Shown: positions 1-12,467, counted from the first letter of the stretch. The stretch is 64,000 nt of DNA from Octopus sinensis (GCF_006345805.1 NC_042997.1:203050001-203114000), one strand, 5' to 3'. The notes: a model not told the origin generated them from the sequence alone. Numbers and translations are program-made.

Positions 1-121
1 ACCTTTTTGGTAAACATTGAGGAGGAATAGAGTAAAGGTGAAGAACTGCCGTTTAGTGTGAATCTTTGGGGGAAAAAAATAAAACATGGAATTAATAAAT
101 AAAAATAAAAAAGATAGTTAC

Positions 122-172
122 CTCTGCATCCAGTTTCACAGGTCGTAGAGATTTGACCATTGTACCATGTTT
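122..172 (-). CDS. CTNNAL1: alpha-catulin exon, 51 nt, 17 aa (KHGTMVKSLRPVKLDAE)
   Basis: Acceptor gttttcttttccag|AAA, donor GAG|gtaact; continues SLPRPG-KHG...KLDAE as expected. Confidence 0.88.
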
Positions 173-1053
173 CTGGAAAAGAAAACTCTATGTTTAGTAA
201 ACAAGTCAGTTGAGGCAGAACTTCAGCTGAACAGCTTATTATGCACACATGCAGGAATGTATAATGCTTGAAAATTGGGTAGACTTTATGATCAAAAATG
301 TTCTAAGACGACCAGGCATTATATTTAGAACTGCACTATCAGATATAACCTTCCCTTCTTAACATGGAAGGGTATAATTTGATAGAGAATTAGTTGTTCT
401 TTTTAGCAGGAAACTTTCAATAATAAAATTTGAGCATCTTGGAGGATGCCTTAAACACTGAAGACACACTGGATAATAATAAATTTAATGCTTAATTGTT
501 TGATAAAATTTGGTTGTTCATCAGTTTTAAAGATGTCAGCAAAACTTGCCAAAGAATGTTCCAGAAATAAGTAAACAAGTTAAATCTACTAAATAATGAG
601 TGATACAACACCACCACCACCTTAACTAACACCCCTGATCTCTTTGGACATTTCTACATTATATAACATCACTATAGCAATGTTCTGTCCAAATAAAATA
701 ATTCTATACTCCTCATTCAACAAAAGTAATAATGAATTTTCTGATTATAGTTTTGCTTATTCTTGAAAGAGATCTGCAACAGTAAGCTATCAATAACACT
801 TACGAAGGGTGACTGGAAAATCTGTCCAGAATACTGATCTATTGGAATCTGTCCAGAGATGTGTAACCAGATGAACGCCCTGCCCTCACCCAATTAGCCA
901 TTAACCACATTTTAACCACCCTGCTTCCCTGGGAACCAACACAGTAAAGATTTGGCATCTAATGGCTGACTATGTAGAAGCCCACCAGATTTCCAACAAC
1001 AACAACAACAACCATGGCCACCTTTTTGAATTCAATATCTTTATTACTTTTGA

Positions 1054-1296
1054 ATCATCATCATCATCATCATTTAGCGTCCGCTTTCCATGCTAGCATG
1101 GGTTGGACGGTTCAACTGGGGTCTGGGAAGCCAGAAGGCTGCATCAGGCCCAGTCTGATCTGGCAGTGTTTCTACGACTAGATGCCCTTCCTAACGCCAA
1201 CCACTCCGTGAGTGTAGTGGGTGCTTTTTACGTGCCACCCGCACAGGTGCAAGACGGAGCCTGTGCGGGTGGCACGTAAAAAGCACCCACTACACT
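1054..1296 (-). mobile_element. RTE 3'-UTR-derived repeat (family C), 5'-truncated, ending in a fold-back
   Basis: (cat)n ttagcgtccgctttccatgctagcatgggttgga ... gatgcccttcctaacgccaaccact; same sequence as the UTR of the LINE at 20880-21602. Confidence 0.85.
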
Positions 1297-1665
1297 TATT
1301 GCTTAGAAAATTTAAAAAGGAAAAAAAAAAGCAGTGCAGCATCCAAGACTTTCAAAAGGATTTCCCATTCAGAATTGTTGAAGTATGGAATAAGCACCTA
1401 CATCCGTTGTTAACTGTCAGGACACTGAATTCTTAAAAATTCCATTCTTCTCAAACCCATCAACACTATTCCTTGCATGTCTATGGACCCTTTCCTACAC
1501 ACTGTTCACTTTTCTATCTTCTTTTTTTATTTATTCTGTGTAATATGCATGTACTTCTAGCTTCTTTTTTTTACTTAATGTATGCCTGTTTTTCACTTTT
1601 CCAACGACTTGTGATGTAGCTGAGCACTGTATAAGCTGCTCATCATCATTATTATTATTATTAAG
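1297..1665 (+). mobile_element. CR1/L2-type LINE 3' end with 3' UTR and (ATT)n tail
   Basis: Translates KFKKE...DFQKDFPFRIVEVWNK.P..VVNCQD (the FF..RVV..WN.LP..VV motif); ends ctgagcactgtata...attattatt. Confidence 0.7.
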
Positions 1666-1709
1666 ACTATATAGGACTGAGGTAACTCATCCAGAAGTTA
1701 TACACAAAT

Positions 1710-1884
1710 AAATAAAAGAGTGCCATATCATGTGAAATTGGTTGAACGATATTTCGGCATCTAGCGTGCCTTCCATAGGATCAAAAATTACATGTCAGTC
1801 TACTTCATTTTGAACCCGTGGAAGGTACGCTAGATGCCGAAATATTGTTCAACCAATTTCACATGATATGGCACTCTTCTATTT
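1710..1884. repeat. near-perfect long inverted repeat (66-bp arms)
   Basis: 1716-1775 versus 1819-1878 has 2 mismatches in 60 bp; pairing extends outward to 1710/1884 with one more mismatch. Confidence 0.95.
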
Positions 1885-1906
1885 TTTATTATTATTATTA
1901 TTATTA

Positions 1907-2128
1907 TTAAGGTGGTGAGCTGGCAGAATCATTAGTACGCTCGGCAAAATGCTTAGTGGTATTTTGTTCGTCTTTACATTCTGAGTTCAAATTCCACTGA
2001 GATCAACTTTGCCTTTCATCCTTTGGGGGTTGATAAATTAAGTACCAGTGAAATACTGGGGCTGATGTATTCAACTTGTCCACTCCCCCAAAATTTTAGG
2101 CTTTGTGCCTTTAGTAGAAAGGATTGTT
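1907..2128 (+). mobile_element. tRNA-derived SINE family B
   Basis: taaggtggtgagctggcagaatc (A box) ... gagttcaaattcc (B box) ... ttgcctttcatcctttgggggttgataaattaagtaccag. Confidence 0.85.
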
Positions 2129-2384
2129 ATAATTATAGTTCATTAAATTACTTTGTATTGGATTAAAAGTTGTTTCTTTGTTCAGAAAACAGAAAGACAC
2201 GACAGAGTTGCTTCCCCTTTATATTTAACCACTTTAAGAATACTACAAAATATAGAGACCGTATCTCCAGAACAAGATATTTGACTTGGAATCTATTTCT
2301 TATGTTATAACTGTTGTTGAGTCGTTCCAATAGCATTTTCAAACGTGCACTTTAAGTGATTGGTTTGTTCAAACAACAAAGTCT

Positions 2385-2600
2385 ATAGGGCCAACAATAA
2401 ATCATACATTAATAGTTGTTGTTCAGCTCTGATTAAGCAGATCTGTGAACAAAGGCTTTCCAACCATGACCATCCCATCTTTTTAGGGTCATATAGGGCT
2501 ACACTGTCAAACGTTCTTCCCTTTTTGAAGGGAGTTGCATGTGATTTGACAGAGAATTTACTGCTATTTCTAACAGGTCGAATAACCAAGTGAATGAGAA
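2385..2600 (+). repeat. unclassified interspersed repeat (family F)
   Basis: Variants of gtgatttgagggagatttggctgctatttctagcagg recur at ~2540-2580, 16720-16745, 36980-37012 and 46630-46665, and inverted at ~56450-56480. Confidence 0.55.
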
Positions 2601-2650
2601 ACTCATTCATACTGAAGCCACCATGGCCTACAGCTATAAATTATACTATT

Positions 2651-3015
2651 TTCATCATCATCATCATCATCATCAATATTTAACATACATTTTCCATGCT
2701 GGGGCATGGACTGGACAGTTCGACAAGAATTGGCAAGGCCAGGGGCCACACCAGGTTCCATAGTCTGTTTTGGCTTGGCTTCTATGGCTGGATGCCCTTC
2801 CAAACGCCAGCCACTTTACAGAGTGTACTGGGTGCTTTTTATGTGGCACCATCACCAGTGCTTTTCACATGGCCCCAGCATCACTGCTTTTCATGTGACA
2901 CCAGCACCATTGCTCTTTACACGGCACCAGCATCACTGCTTTTCATGTGACACCAGCTCCATTGCTCTTTATATGGCACCAGCACCCCACACCAATGCTT
3001 TTCATGTGGCACCTT
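2651..3015 (-). mobile_element. family C repeat with internal 26-bp VNTR
   Basis: (cat)n tail, ggatgcccttccaaacgccagcc, then units atcactgcttttcatgtgacaccagc and accattgctctttacacggcaccagc. Confidence 0.85.
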
Positions 3016-3964
3016 TGTTTTAAGATCTCAATTCTCTTGTGGTGGACAGAATTTTGTTTTGCAGTGTCGGTGTCTCCTTCATTCCACCCAAGTTGGTGTG
3101 TTGTCCTGTATGAGGTTTCCTCTGTAATGTAGATGTTTCCCTCATTCCACACAAGTTGAGGTGTGTGTCCTGCAAGGTTTGTTATTGTCTAAGCTTGTTG
3201 AATCACATCTTTAAGAAGTTCTGAGGATGGAATTTTAAGAAGTTCTGAAGAAGTTCTTGTTAATAACTAACAGTTCTAAGCTGTCACACCTGTTGAGGGA
3301 GACTTAACAAGCATAATACACACACTTTTAGATAAAAAAAAATTGTCATTTATTTTTTCAATTAAGTTGCTAATCTCTTACAGAAAACTGATCAATTCTC
3401 ATTACAATATTCACAAGTTTTAAACTCCTATAAAGAAGTTTACAACTTGTGAATAACCAGATAATATTCCAAAACTAGATATTATTCACTTCAAGAGAAT
3501 ATATATTTACAAGAAACATTCCTTATGGGCTGAGGCACCATATCAATTCAATATTAATCGTCCACATGATGATACAAGCACATCTGTACAAACACATCTG
3601 TCAGTTTCAATAATGAAGATTCAGTTGTTTTCATTGAATTGCTATGTAAGTGAATGAGAATTCTATAGACATGTGTACCTTTAACAAAATCCTCACATAA
3701 AAATCATTCATAGTGCAGTGTGTTTGTGTGTGATAAAGCTGTACTTTTGAATTAAGGTACAATCTATCTGCAGGCTTCAGCACAGTTTCTGTTAATCTAT
3801 CAGTGTGGATGAATGGCTAAAAAGTTAACTTTGCTATTATGTGGCCCTGGAATTAATCCCACAACAAGGCATCTTGGGGAAGTGTCTTTAGCCCTTAGCA
3901 CTCGGATTATTCTGTCAAATGTGATCCTTATTTATTCACAATGTTTTTGATTAATCCTGCATTA

Positions 3965-4165
3965 TCTCATACTCGTTACTCTTTTACTTGTTTCAGTCAT
4001 TTGACTGCGGCCATGCTGGAGCACCGCCTTTAGTCGAGCAAATCGACCCTGGGACTTATTCTTTGTAAGCCCAGTACTTATTCTATCGGTCTCTTTTGCC
4101 GAACCACTAAGTGAAGGGGACATAAACACACCAGCATCGGTTGTCAAGCAATGCTAGGGGGACAA

Positions 4166-4202
<37 letters not shown>

Positions 4203-4204
4203 AT

Positions 4205-4248
<44 letters not shown>

Positions 4249-4413
4249 TATGACAGGCTTCTTTCAGTTTCCGTCTACCAAATCCACTCACAAGGCATTG
4301 GTCGGCCCAGGGCTATAGCAGAAGACACTTGCCCAAGATGCCATGCAGTGGGACTGAACCCGGAACCATGTGGTTGGTTAGCAAGCTACTTACCACACAG
4401 CCACTCCTGCGCC
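3965..4413 (-). mobile_element. tRNA-derived SINE family A, full length, young
   Basis: Head ggcgcaggagtggctgtgtggtaag (A box) ... gggttcagtccc (B box), central (TA/CA)n, tail gactgaaacaagtaaaagag. Confidence 0.9.
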
Positions 4414-7249
4414 TATAGCTTTGAGATTTTGATGTTATCACTTTATTTTTGGAATGACATTGTAGGATAGATGTGAGAGGCCCAATATGGCTGGCCTGAA
4501 CATAAAACATAGAATATTTGGGGGCTGGATATGGCTGGTCTAAGTGCTAAAAGGTTAAACACTGCCCCAGGTCAACCCAAGCTTTATGACAATAGTAAAT
4601 ATAACAATACAATGCAACATACATACATTTCTCTGTGTGTGATTACATTAATGATACATAAAATACTAAATGATAAAAGCACAAACTGTATAATAGCAGG
4701 GATAAAGATGCAAACAGCCCCACGTCAGCCCTAACATGAAAGGTATTCCTTCTGGGACTATCCTGTTCCCCTTTTGTGCGTTGCAGATCTAGGACTAGAA
4801 TATTCAACATGCCCTTCCTTTATCAAGGTAATAGGATTTGTCTGCTATTTCTAGTAAGCTCAATAAACAAATGGAGCCTATAAATTGTACAACACTTTAA
4901 TATTACAGTCTACACACAGACATGGATGTGTGTGTGTGTGTGTGTGTGCATACTGTACTGCATCTCACAGTAATATTACAGACTAACATGGAAGCCTCCA
5001 CTAGTACACACACACACAAAATTAGGAAACAGAATTCTGCCCTGGGAAAGAAACTACAGAAATTGAATAAAATAATTTTTTTATCATATCTCTAAAGAAA
5101 AGCATCTCTGTATTATGTTTGTATATCATATACAAGATTAAGATATGTGGAAACCAAAGAGATATCAGGAAACGTGAGAGAGAGAGAGAGAGTGAGAAAG
5201 ATATATTCAGATACATAATTTTTTTAATATTTTGTCCATGTATTTTGTATTTTGATTGTAATTGTATTGTCTGTCTGTCACTATGTCTGGATTTAGTTTT
5301 GTTGGTAAACTGCTGAAAATGACATCATTTTGGGTAGGCATTATGACACTGAGTGAAATGACAAAAAGATATAACAAAGGGCTTATTTAAACAATCACCT
5401 GAAGAAGCACATTTTACACCTTGGATGGATGATAATGATTACACAACACCTCACCAATGTACTAAAGATGTAAAAATGTGTCGAAACAATTGTAGTGATT
5501 TTAAATAAAGAATGTTATTCATTTCAGTTTCTATCTATATCTATCTGTGTGTGTGTGTGTATAAATATATATATACATACAGCAGCATCAGTAATTAACA
5601 TCAAAATGCACATCAAGATGCAAAATCTGCAGGGTGCACTGTATCTACCATCAAATCTCGAAACACTTTTTTCATAATCTTCAGTTCCCTCTACACATGC
5701 TCTGAAGAAGGAAAGCTTTATTAACTTTGAAATACTTAATTACCAGATGTTTGAAGCTCATTACAGGCACTCCAAGCTCGCCCTTTGTATGTAAGGAAGT
5801 CTTTCTTACAAGCAACACAGGTGTTTTATATATCTCTGATATATAAATAGTAACCCTGTGACAAATGACTGGGTTTTTTTGTCTTTCTTAAAGACAACAA
5901 TCACTAACAATTATCTTGTGCATTTTGATCTGAGAACTAGCAAAGTTTTAATTATTGGTTTTACTTTCATATTTTTGTTTCCAGCTGATTTTATATAACT
6001 AAAAATATTTCTTGCTTTGTTCTATCAAAACAGCTTCAGTAATAAGTTGTCCAGCAGCGATTTAAACATAAGCACACACCCACATTTATTGAATGAAATA
6101 AGACAGACATAATGATGTGGATATGTTTGAGATTTGTTGTTTCAGATAATCCTGCAGCTGATCAGAGATGTAGACTCTTAATGATATAGCAGACACAGTG
6201 AGACACACACAGACACACCTTATATGTATACATACACAGCTGTCATTAACAAAACATTCACTCAAATAATCTCAAGCAACTCGATTCTCCAACGTTTATT
6301 GGGATATCAAAGTAATGATAAAATAAATCTTAAATTAATCCAATTAGTTATTGATGCATTGATAGATTATAGATCTGATAAAAACCAGTTCAATAGGAAT
6401 GAGGATATACTTTTATTGGAAACTTGATTTTCCAATAATTCAAAAATGGACAACTGAGAGGACCCGCTTCCCATTCACTCCACAAATCAACAGTCATGGG
6501 GTAACATTTAAGGGCTAAAGATTTTGAATTTCTACCAGACCTTATCCCTTGCCTGGCTTAGAACTTGGTTTAGAGAATTCAATTCTGTTGCAAGCATTCA
6601 GGTCCCAGATTTTAAGATAGCTTTCTCCCTTCTTTCTGCCAGAGACAGAAACCCTGCAAAGGGTCAGTGATGTGCTTTACCCCTCCTATAAAACATCATT
6701 AAAAAAATCAAAATCTTGCTGTCTGAGGGAATAAAAAACTGTTACCCTCAAATACTAAGTGTTTATTTGTTTGTTGGAAGAATGTATTGGTAAATTATTG
6801 TTAATGGGGAGGCAGGGGTCATCAAAAAACTTCAAGAAAAACAGAAAGCTAAAACTATTTGATCAATTACCATTCATCATATTTAGGTTTTATTTATTCA
6901 GTAATTTATAAGACAAGATCAAAAAGGTTCTAAGAAACTTGATAACACAAAATAAATATTGACTGAAGTCATTGGCTTGAAACATCTTTCCTTTGTTAGA
7001 AAAGTTTACAGTATTAGAGAGACTGTAACACTGCATTGTGAAGATTTATTAACATCATTTTGGAACAGGGATTATTACCATTTCAATAAGAATGGTAATG
7101 TTAGTAACCATTCAGAAAATCAATGGAAATCAGTACTAGTTTGAAAAGTAGAATACACACACACACTTAAAACAATGCCAAATTCTTATTCACAGATTAT
7201 ATGACAAGATATATTTGGTAGAGCCCATGAGCTTTGCAGGCCCTCAAAG

Positions 7250-7440
7250 AGCACTGAGGTTGATGTCACCTTCAATGTTCCACTTAAAATACTGCAGGTC
7301 AGTGCCTACAGGAAAGACATGAACAGGGAGAAGGTTCCAGAGGGATGATGTCCTGGGGAGAAAGGACAGGGAGTAGCGTTAGTGCTTAGTTTAGGAAAGT
7401 GGGGGGGCACAAAAAAGAATGATGTGAGATGATGACCCAA
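7250..7440 (-). mobile_element. CR1/Jockey-like LINE 3' fragment
   Basis: Minus strand tcatccctctggaaccttctccctgttcatgtc (SSLWNLLPVHVFP); the same motif occurs on the plus strand at ~46020-46055. Confidence 0.55.
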
Positions 7441-8016
7441 GTGAATCACAAGTATAATTCGAAAACATAGAATTAAAACTATAACTTCCTTTCCAGCTTT
7501 TAGCTAGCTTCCACATTTGTGGATGATTTCAGAGAAATAGGATAGGATAGACAGGGGATAGTTTAATTGCTATGTAATGGGCATACTGAATGAAAGAAAG
7601 AAATGAGCTGAAAGGTGTATATACACACACAAGGTTGGGAATTTTATATGAGAGCAATCTATACATTTTAATCATTATTTAATGCCTGTCCTCCATGCTG
7701 GCATGGGTTGGACGGTTCGATAGGATCCAGAAAACTAGAAGGCTGCATTGAGCCTCCAATATCTATTTTGGCAAGGATTTTATGAGTGAATACCTTCCCT
7801 AATGCCAACCATTTTATAGCATGTTATGGACTTTTCTTTTCATGGCATTGGCACTAAGTGGGATCACCAAGTAACTCACATGTCCCTCACCCAAAGTGAG
7901 TGGGGGTATGTAATATGAAAAATAATGTGAGAGGATTCACTGTCAAAAAGAAGTTGACAAAATTGTGTCATATAATTACAAAAAGTGAGGAATTTAAAAT
8001 AAATATGTATCCTTAC

Positions 8017-8202
8017 CCCAGGTCTTGGAAGGGATTGATAAACATGCTTCTCCATCTTGCCTTGGCACACATCATTAACTTCTTTCACTAAAATTGAGAG
8101 TTCATTGATTTGACCTTCCCAAGCTTTAGCAAAAACATCCAAGTTTCCCTCAGCAATACGACTGCCAGGGTACTGAGAAAAAGTCTGGGCGGCATTTAAA
8201 AG
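8017..8202 (-). CDS. CTNNAL1: alpha-catulin exon, 186 nt, 62 aa (LLNAAQTFSQYPGSRIAEGNLDVF...SLPRPG)
   Basis: Acceptor cattttactttcag|CTT, donor GGG|gtaagg; lies within ORF 7876..8307. Confidence 0.92.
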
Positions 8203-9059
8203 CTGAAAGTAAAATGAATGTACATGATTAAAACAAAATCTAATATTGGGAAAATATGAAAAATCTTGACATCTTAACAATGAAATTAATCTTAAGCTTG
8301 TGTGCATAATCCCCCCCCACCACCACCACCATTAAGCTTGCTTCTCTTGCTGTCATTGGTTGGATAGGTTATCACAGTCCAAGTCAGTTCTTAATCAGAA
8401 TAACAAACTTCTTAGATAGGTTGAAGGACAGTGTCTGATTTGTACATTCCATTTTGGCACAGTTTCTATGCCTGGTCACCTCTCCAATTTGCAAGGCATG
8501 CTGGGCCCATATAAAGAGGTCTGTCATGCCATTGATTAGACTAAACGGTCCTCTTTGACCAGACGTAATAAACCATCCATTGCATGTGAATATGGAAAGT
8601 GGACATAAAAGGATAATGATGTATATATGAATATTGTGTGGAGGTCACTAGAAAATTCCCACAAACCAGTTATTGATATTGATGCATTTAATGGGTGTGT
8701 CTCAAGTGATTAAGTAACAATTTGTTGCAGAAGTAATTCTCTCTTCAGCAATTAATTACAAACAAAATATTTCATCTGTAATAGACTAAAATGAATGGGA
8801 CCTGCGTAACAAAATGGTTACATAACCATTTGAAACATCAAAAATTGGCCAGTGATGATTTCCTAATAATATACAGCTCACATTAATAACAACCTGTCTT
8901 ATCCCTGCTTGGATAATACAGTTGTAACACAATGTAGGTTAAGAGATGAAATGTTGATCTCAACACTGAAAATATCTGGTTAAGAGTACTGCATCAAGCA
9001 TACTACTGAATGTGTGTGTGTGTGTGTGTGCATGCGTGACTAATAAACTGTCCAAGCCA

Positions 9060-9420
9060 TTCTTTTCTCATTTTAGTCATTTGACTGCAGCCATGCTGGA
9101 GCACCACCTTTAGTCAAACAAACTGACTCCAAGACTTATCCTTTGTAAGCCTAGTGCTTATTCTACCAGTCTGTTTTGCTGATCCGCTAAGTTACAGAGA
9201 TGTAAACACACCAACATCAGTTGTCAAGTGAGGTGGGGGGACAAACACACACACACACACATATATACAACGGGTTTCTTTCAGTTTCCGTCTATCAAAT
9301 CCACTCACAAGGCATCGGTTGGCCCAAGACTATAGTAGAAGACAGTTGCCCAAGGTACCATGGAGTGGGATTGAAACTGGAACTGTATGCTTGGGAAGCA
9401 AGCTTCTTACCACACAGCCA
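9060..9420 (-). mobile_element. SINE family A
   Basis: Collinear with 3965-4413. Confidence 0.85.
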
Positions 9421-10105
9421 GAAAATATTTTATTTTCAGTTCCTAAATTTTAGAAACAGATCACAGATTAATGCTTGGTATTGAAGAGAATAAGATTAGA
9501 ATAAAAAAAAAAAAAGCTAAGTTAGCAAATACTGGAAGACAGTACAGCAACAAGTTATTATGGGAATCTTCTGTTCACTATAAACAATAATTAGCCACCA
9601 ATATTCAAATGACTTCATGCCTTAATTAGAACATTCTTGCATCTTTTTACGCTTATTTTTAAAGAAATAAGCAAGTTTAGGTTTTATAGCATTTCAAAAA
9701 AGAATAAAGAAAAAAAAGAAAAAAGCACATTATTGTATAATAAAATAATTTGATAGGTTCTATAAAAACACTAATCCAAAGAGTGGATTTCCCACCTCCA
9801 AGTGGACATGTGTTGTCACATTAGGGGACAATTGCTATTGAATTAATCAAAGATAGACCATCTTCATTTTCTATTGCAGTGTTTAGTCGAACATATAATT
9901 GCTGACAATCTAAACACAGTCTCTAGTCTCCCGACCAACATGTGTTGTGTCAGAAACAAAAGGATCATTGCTGGTGACAGATTTTTCTGGCACCAAACAC
10001 GTCACTAAACAAGGGGGTATATATACACACACACACAAACACACACACGTGCGCACTTCTTTTTATGTTGATTTATATTAGAAACATTTCAACATTAATC
10101 CAACA

Positions 10106-10334
10106 TTAACCCTTTCGTTACTGTATTTATTTTGAGATGTTCTGTGTTTCTTTCAATTACTTTAAATATAACAAAGAATTTAGTAAAATAACTTAGTTAT
10201 CATTAAGCTAGTTTTAGGAACATAAATTCTGACTAAGGTTTGGTGGAAGATTTTAATTCAAAACTTATGAAGACAAGACATTTGTACTACAGAGCCAGAG
10301 CCAGTTTCAGCTGGGTTGGTAACAAAAAGGTTAA
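10106..10334. mobile_element. piggyBac-type MITE, ~230 bp
   Basis: ttaa-ccctttcgttac ... gtaacaaaaagg-ttaa; reverse complement of 14765-14994. Confidence 0.85.
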
Positions 10335-10559
10335 TCAATACTGCTTGTAGAGTACAGAGCTTTTATATTTGTGCACAAAGAAGGATGACAGTAACTTTGA
10401 AGTTCCAGCTTGCTAGAAAGTCCAACAAAAGCTAGCAGGCTGGCAGTTCAAAGTCACTATCAGCCCTCTTCTAGTAAAAGTATTATAACAGAGAAACTAG
10501 CTTTTATTTGTGGAAGATGTGCAGGTGCATTAAACACCAGGAATGTACATAAAATAGAC

Positions 10560-11432
10560 TCCCTCAAATGTCTGGGGTTGGATGGGGGGATATTTAGAAG
10601 TGGTAGACAGTTTCTGTCACTTAGTTAGCAGTAGAGGAGGTAGTTCTGAAAGTGTAGCTGCTAGAATAAGAATGAGCTGGGCAAAGTTCAGAGAGCTGCT
10701 ACCTTTGTTGGCAAGAAAGGGCCTCTCCCTCAGAGTGAAAGGCAGACTGTATGACGTTTGTGTACAAACAGCTATGCTACATGGCAGTAAGACATGGGCT
10801 GTGACTACTGAGGGCATGCAAGGGCTTGAAAGGAAAGAAGTCAGCATGCTCTGCTGGATGGGTAATGTCAGTGTGCATACACAATAGAGTGTAAGTGATT
10901 TGAGAGAAAAATTGGGAGTATGAGGCATCAGATGTAGTGTGCCAGAGAGAAGACTGTGCTGGTGTGGTAATGTGATGAAGACAGCTGAATCAAGAATTTC
11001 CGATCTCTAATTGTGGAGGGACATGTAGATGGGGTAGACCCAGGAAGAAAGGATCTTCAGATGTTGGGCTTCACAGAGGAAGGAGATGACAAGGAACCAA
11101 GACTTGTGACAGTTTACTGTACTTGAGGAGACATAAAAATAATAATAATGAAATTATTGTATACAGTGCTCAGGTGCACCACAAACATGTCAAGTTAAGT
11201 ACAATTGTGGCTGTCTTGGCATACGGGCATGTCCTCTACATCCCTCTCTCAGCCAAGAGATTCTAGTCTTGCGGACTTGTGACTGCCAGCGCCCCATGAA
11301 AGTGCCCATTGCTCTCTGTAAGGTGTAGAAACCACGCCAAAACAGACCTCAGGTAGCTCTCCAGCTGGCCCCAACTCCTGTCAAACTGACCAATCCTTGC
11401 CAGCATGGAAAATGGATGTTAAATGATGATGG
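10560..11432 (+). mobile_element. RTE-clade LINE 3' fragment (ORF end plus 3' UTR ending in gat repeats)
   Basis: ORF 10582..10887 (EVVDSFCHL...VAARIRMSWAKFRELLPLL...VKGRLY...MLHGS.TWA) is a typical RTE C-terminal region; 3' UTR ends ccagcatggaaaatggatgttaaatgatgatg. Confidence 0.88.
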
Positions 11433-11440
11433 TGTGTGCA

Positions 11441-11472
<32 letters not shown>

Positions 11473-12154
11473 ACATATAGTAAAATAAGAAATAGAAAAT
11501 CATTAGTACAGCATTATATATTTGAAAAAAATGAATAAAAAAGACTTTTTGGATAATTTTTCTACTTTAATAATTAGATGTTTTGTAACTTTTAAGCAGC
11601 AAGTAATAGAATCCGGTGCAAGTAAATTATTTGCTCAACTATAAATGCCTGAAATGATTCACAAGTGTTAACAGTTTTGTTCAGCAGTTACTCTCATTTA
11701 GTTCTGTTACCTTTCCTTTTTTCTTTTCTCATTTTTCTTTTCCCCACACAGAGATGGAAATCCCCTGTGACAAAACAGCAGTTGAGTGTAACAAATGTTC
11801 TGCAGAGCCAGCAGCAACGAACACAACTTTCTCAAGAGATTCACAATGTTAAGTTAGTGACATACAAAAGATCATAATCTTTATCTGATTGGTCTACCAG
11901 CTGTCAACAACTACCTTCTCCCATATATTGTCTAATATATTTAACCTGCAACATCAGGCTCAGATATTTTAACTGTTTTATGTACAAACTGGCTAGATCA
12001 GGCCTCTCACATCCACCCCACAAGGTCATTTAAAACAAACAGTCTCATCACTGAAATCTCAAATAATCTGAATGCTAAAGGGTTAAAAGTTCCGTCAGAA
12101 ATCTCATACCACCCATTGTGCACCTATTGCAATAGTGCTTTGTCTAATATAAAT

Positions 12155-12440
12155 GCACTTGACTTGACTGGACTTGAGACAGCATCCACCCGGGGTGGGT
12201 TGAGCTGGCTTCATTCATCCTCAATGCTGCATCTCTCACAAACGCCAACCAGGCCTGGCGATTTGAGGCTAACAACCGCGTGATCTCCAACCACTCCTTA
12301 TTCCAACAGTGAACACCGTAGATATGGGGGCCTAGGTTGGGTTCCAGATCAGCTTTGACTGTCATCAGCCAGGTTTTTCGTTGTCCATCACATCGCTTTC
12401 GCCAACCCTGAAGGGGAGCTGCTGCACTAAACATGCAGCA
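12155..12440 (-). mobile_element. second RTE-like LINE family, 3' fragment with (CAAGT)n tail
   Basis: ORF 12144..12461 (GWRKRCDGQRKTW..TVKADL...W...W......A.NRQAW.AFVRD) ends in caagt repeats; second copy at 44021-44191. Confidence 0.75.
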
Positions 12441-12467
12441 ATGCAGTAAATATGGAAGCATTGTGTT

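Noticed and set aside
3-63. Exon-like 61-nt segment on the minus strand (cccccaaag|ATT…AAAG|gt)
   Set aside because: It would follow a 58-nt intron, shift the frame, and encode IHTKRQFFTFTLFLLNVYQK instead of the expected EQAKIAK continuation; the donor is cut by the window edge.
2851-3012. Regular short repeats superficially like a CRISPR array
   Set aside because: Units are contiguous with no unique spacers, lie within a LINE UTR, and the context is eukaryotic.
4330-4413. tRNA-like A/B box segments in SINE heads
   Set aside because: No complete cloverleaf or acceptor stem; these are SINE promoters, not tRNA genes.
5700-5745. CUGAAGA…GAAA on the plus strand
   Set aside because: Stem II is out of register and stems I and III are absent; at best a decayed motif.
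7876-8307. 143-aa ORF extending on both sides of exon 8017-8202
   Set aside because: The extensions lie beyond clear splice sites and have AT-rich intronic composition; treated as chance read-through.
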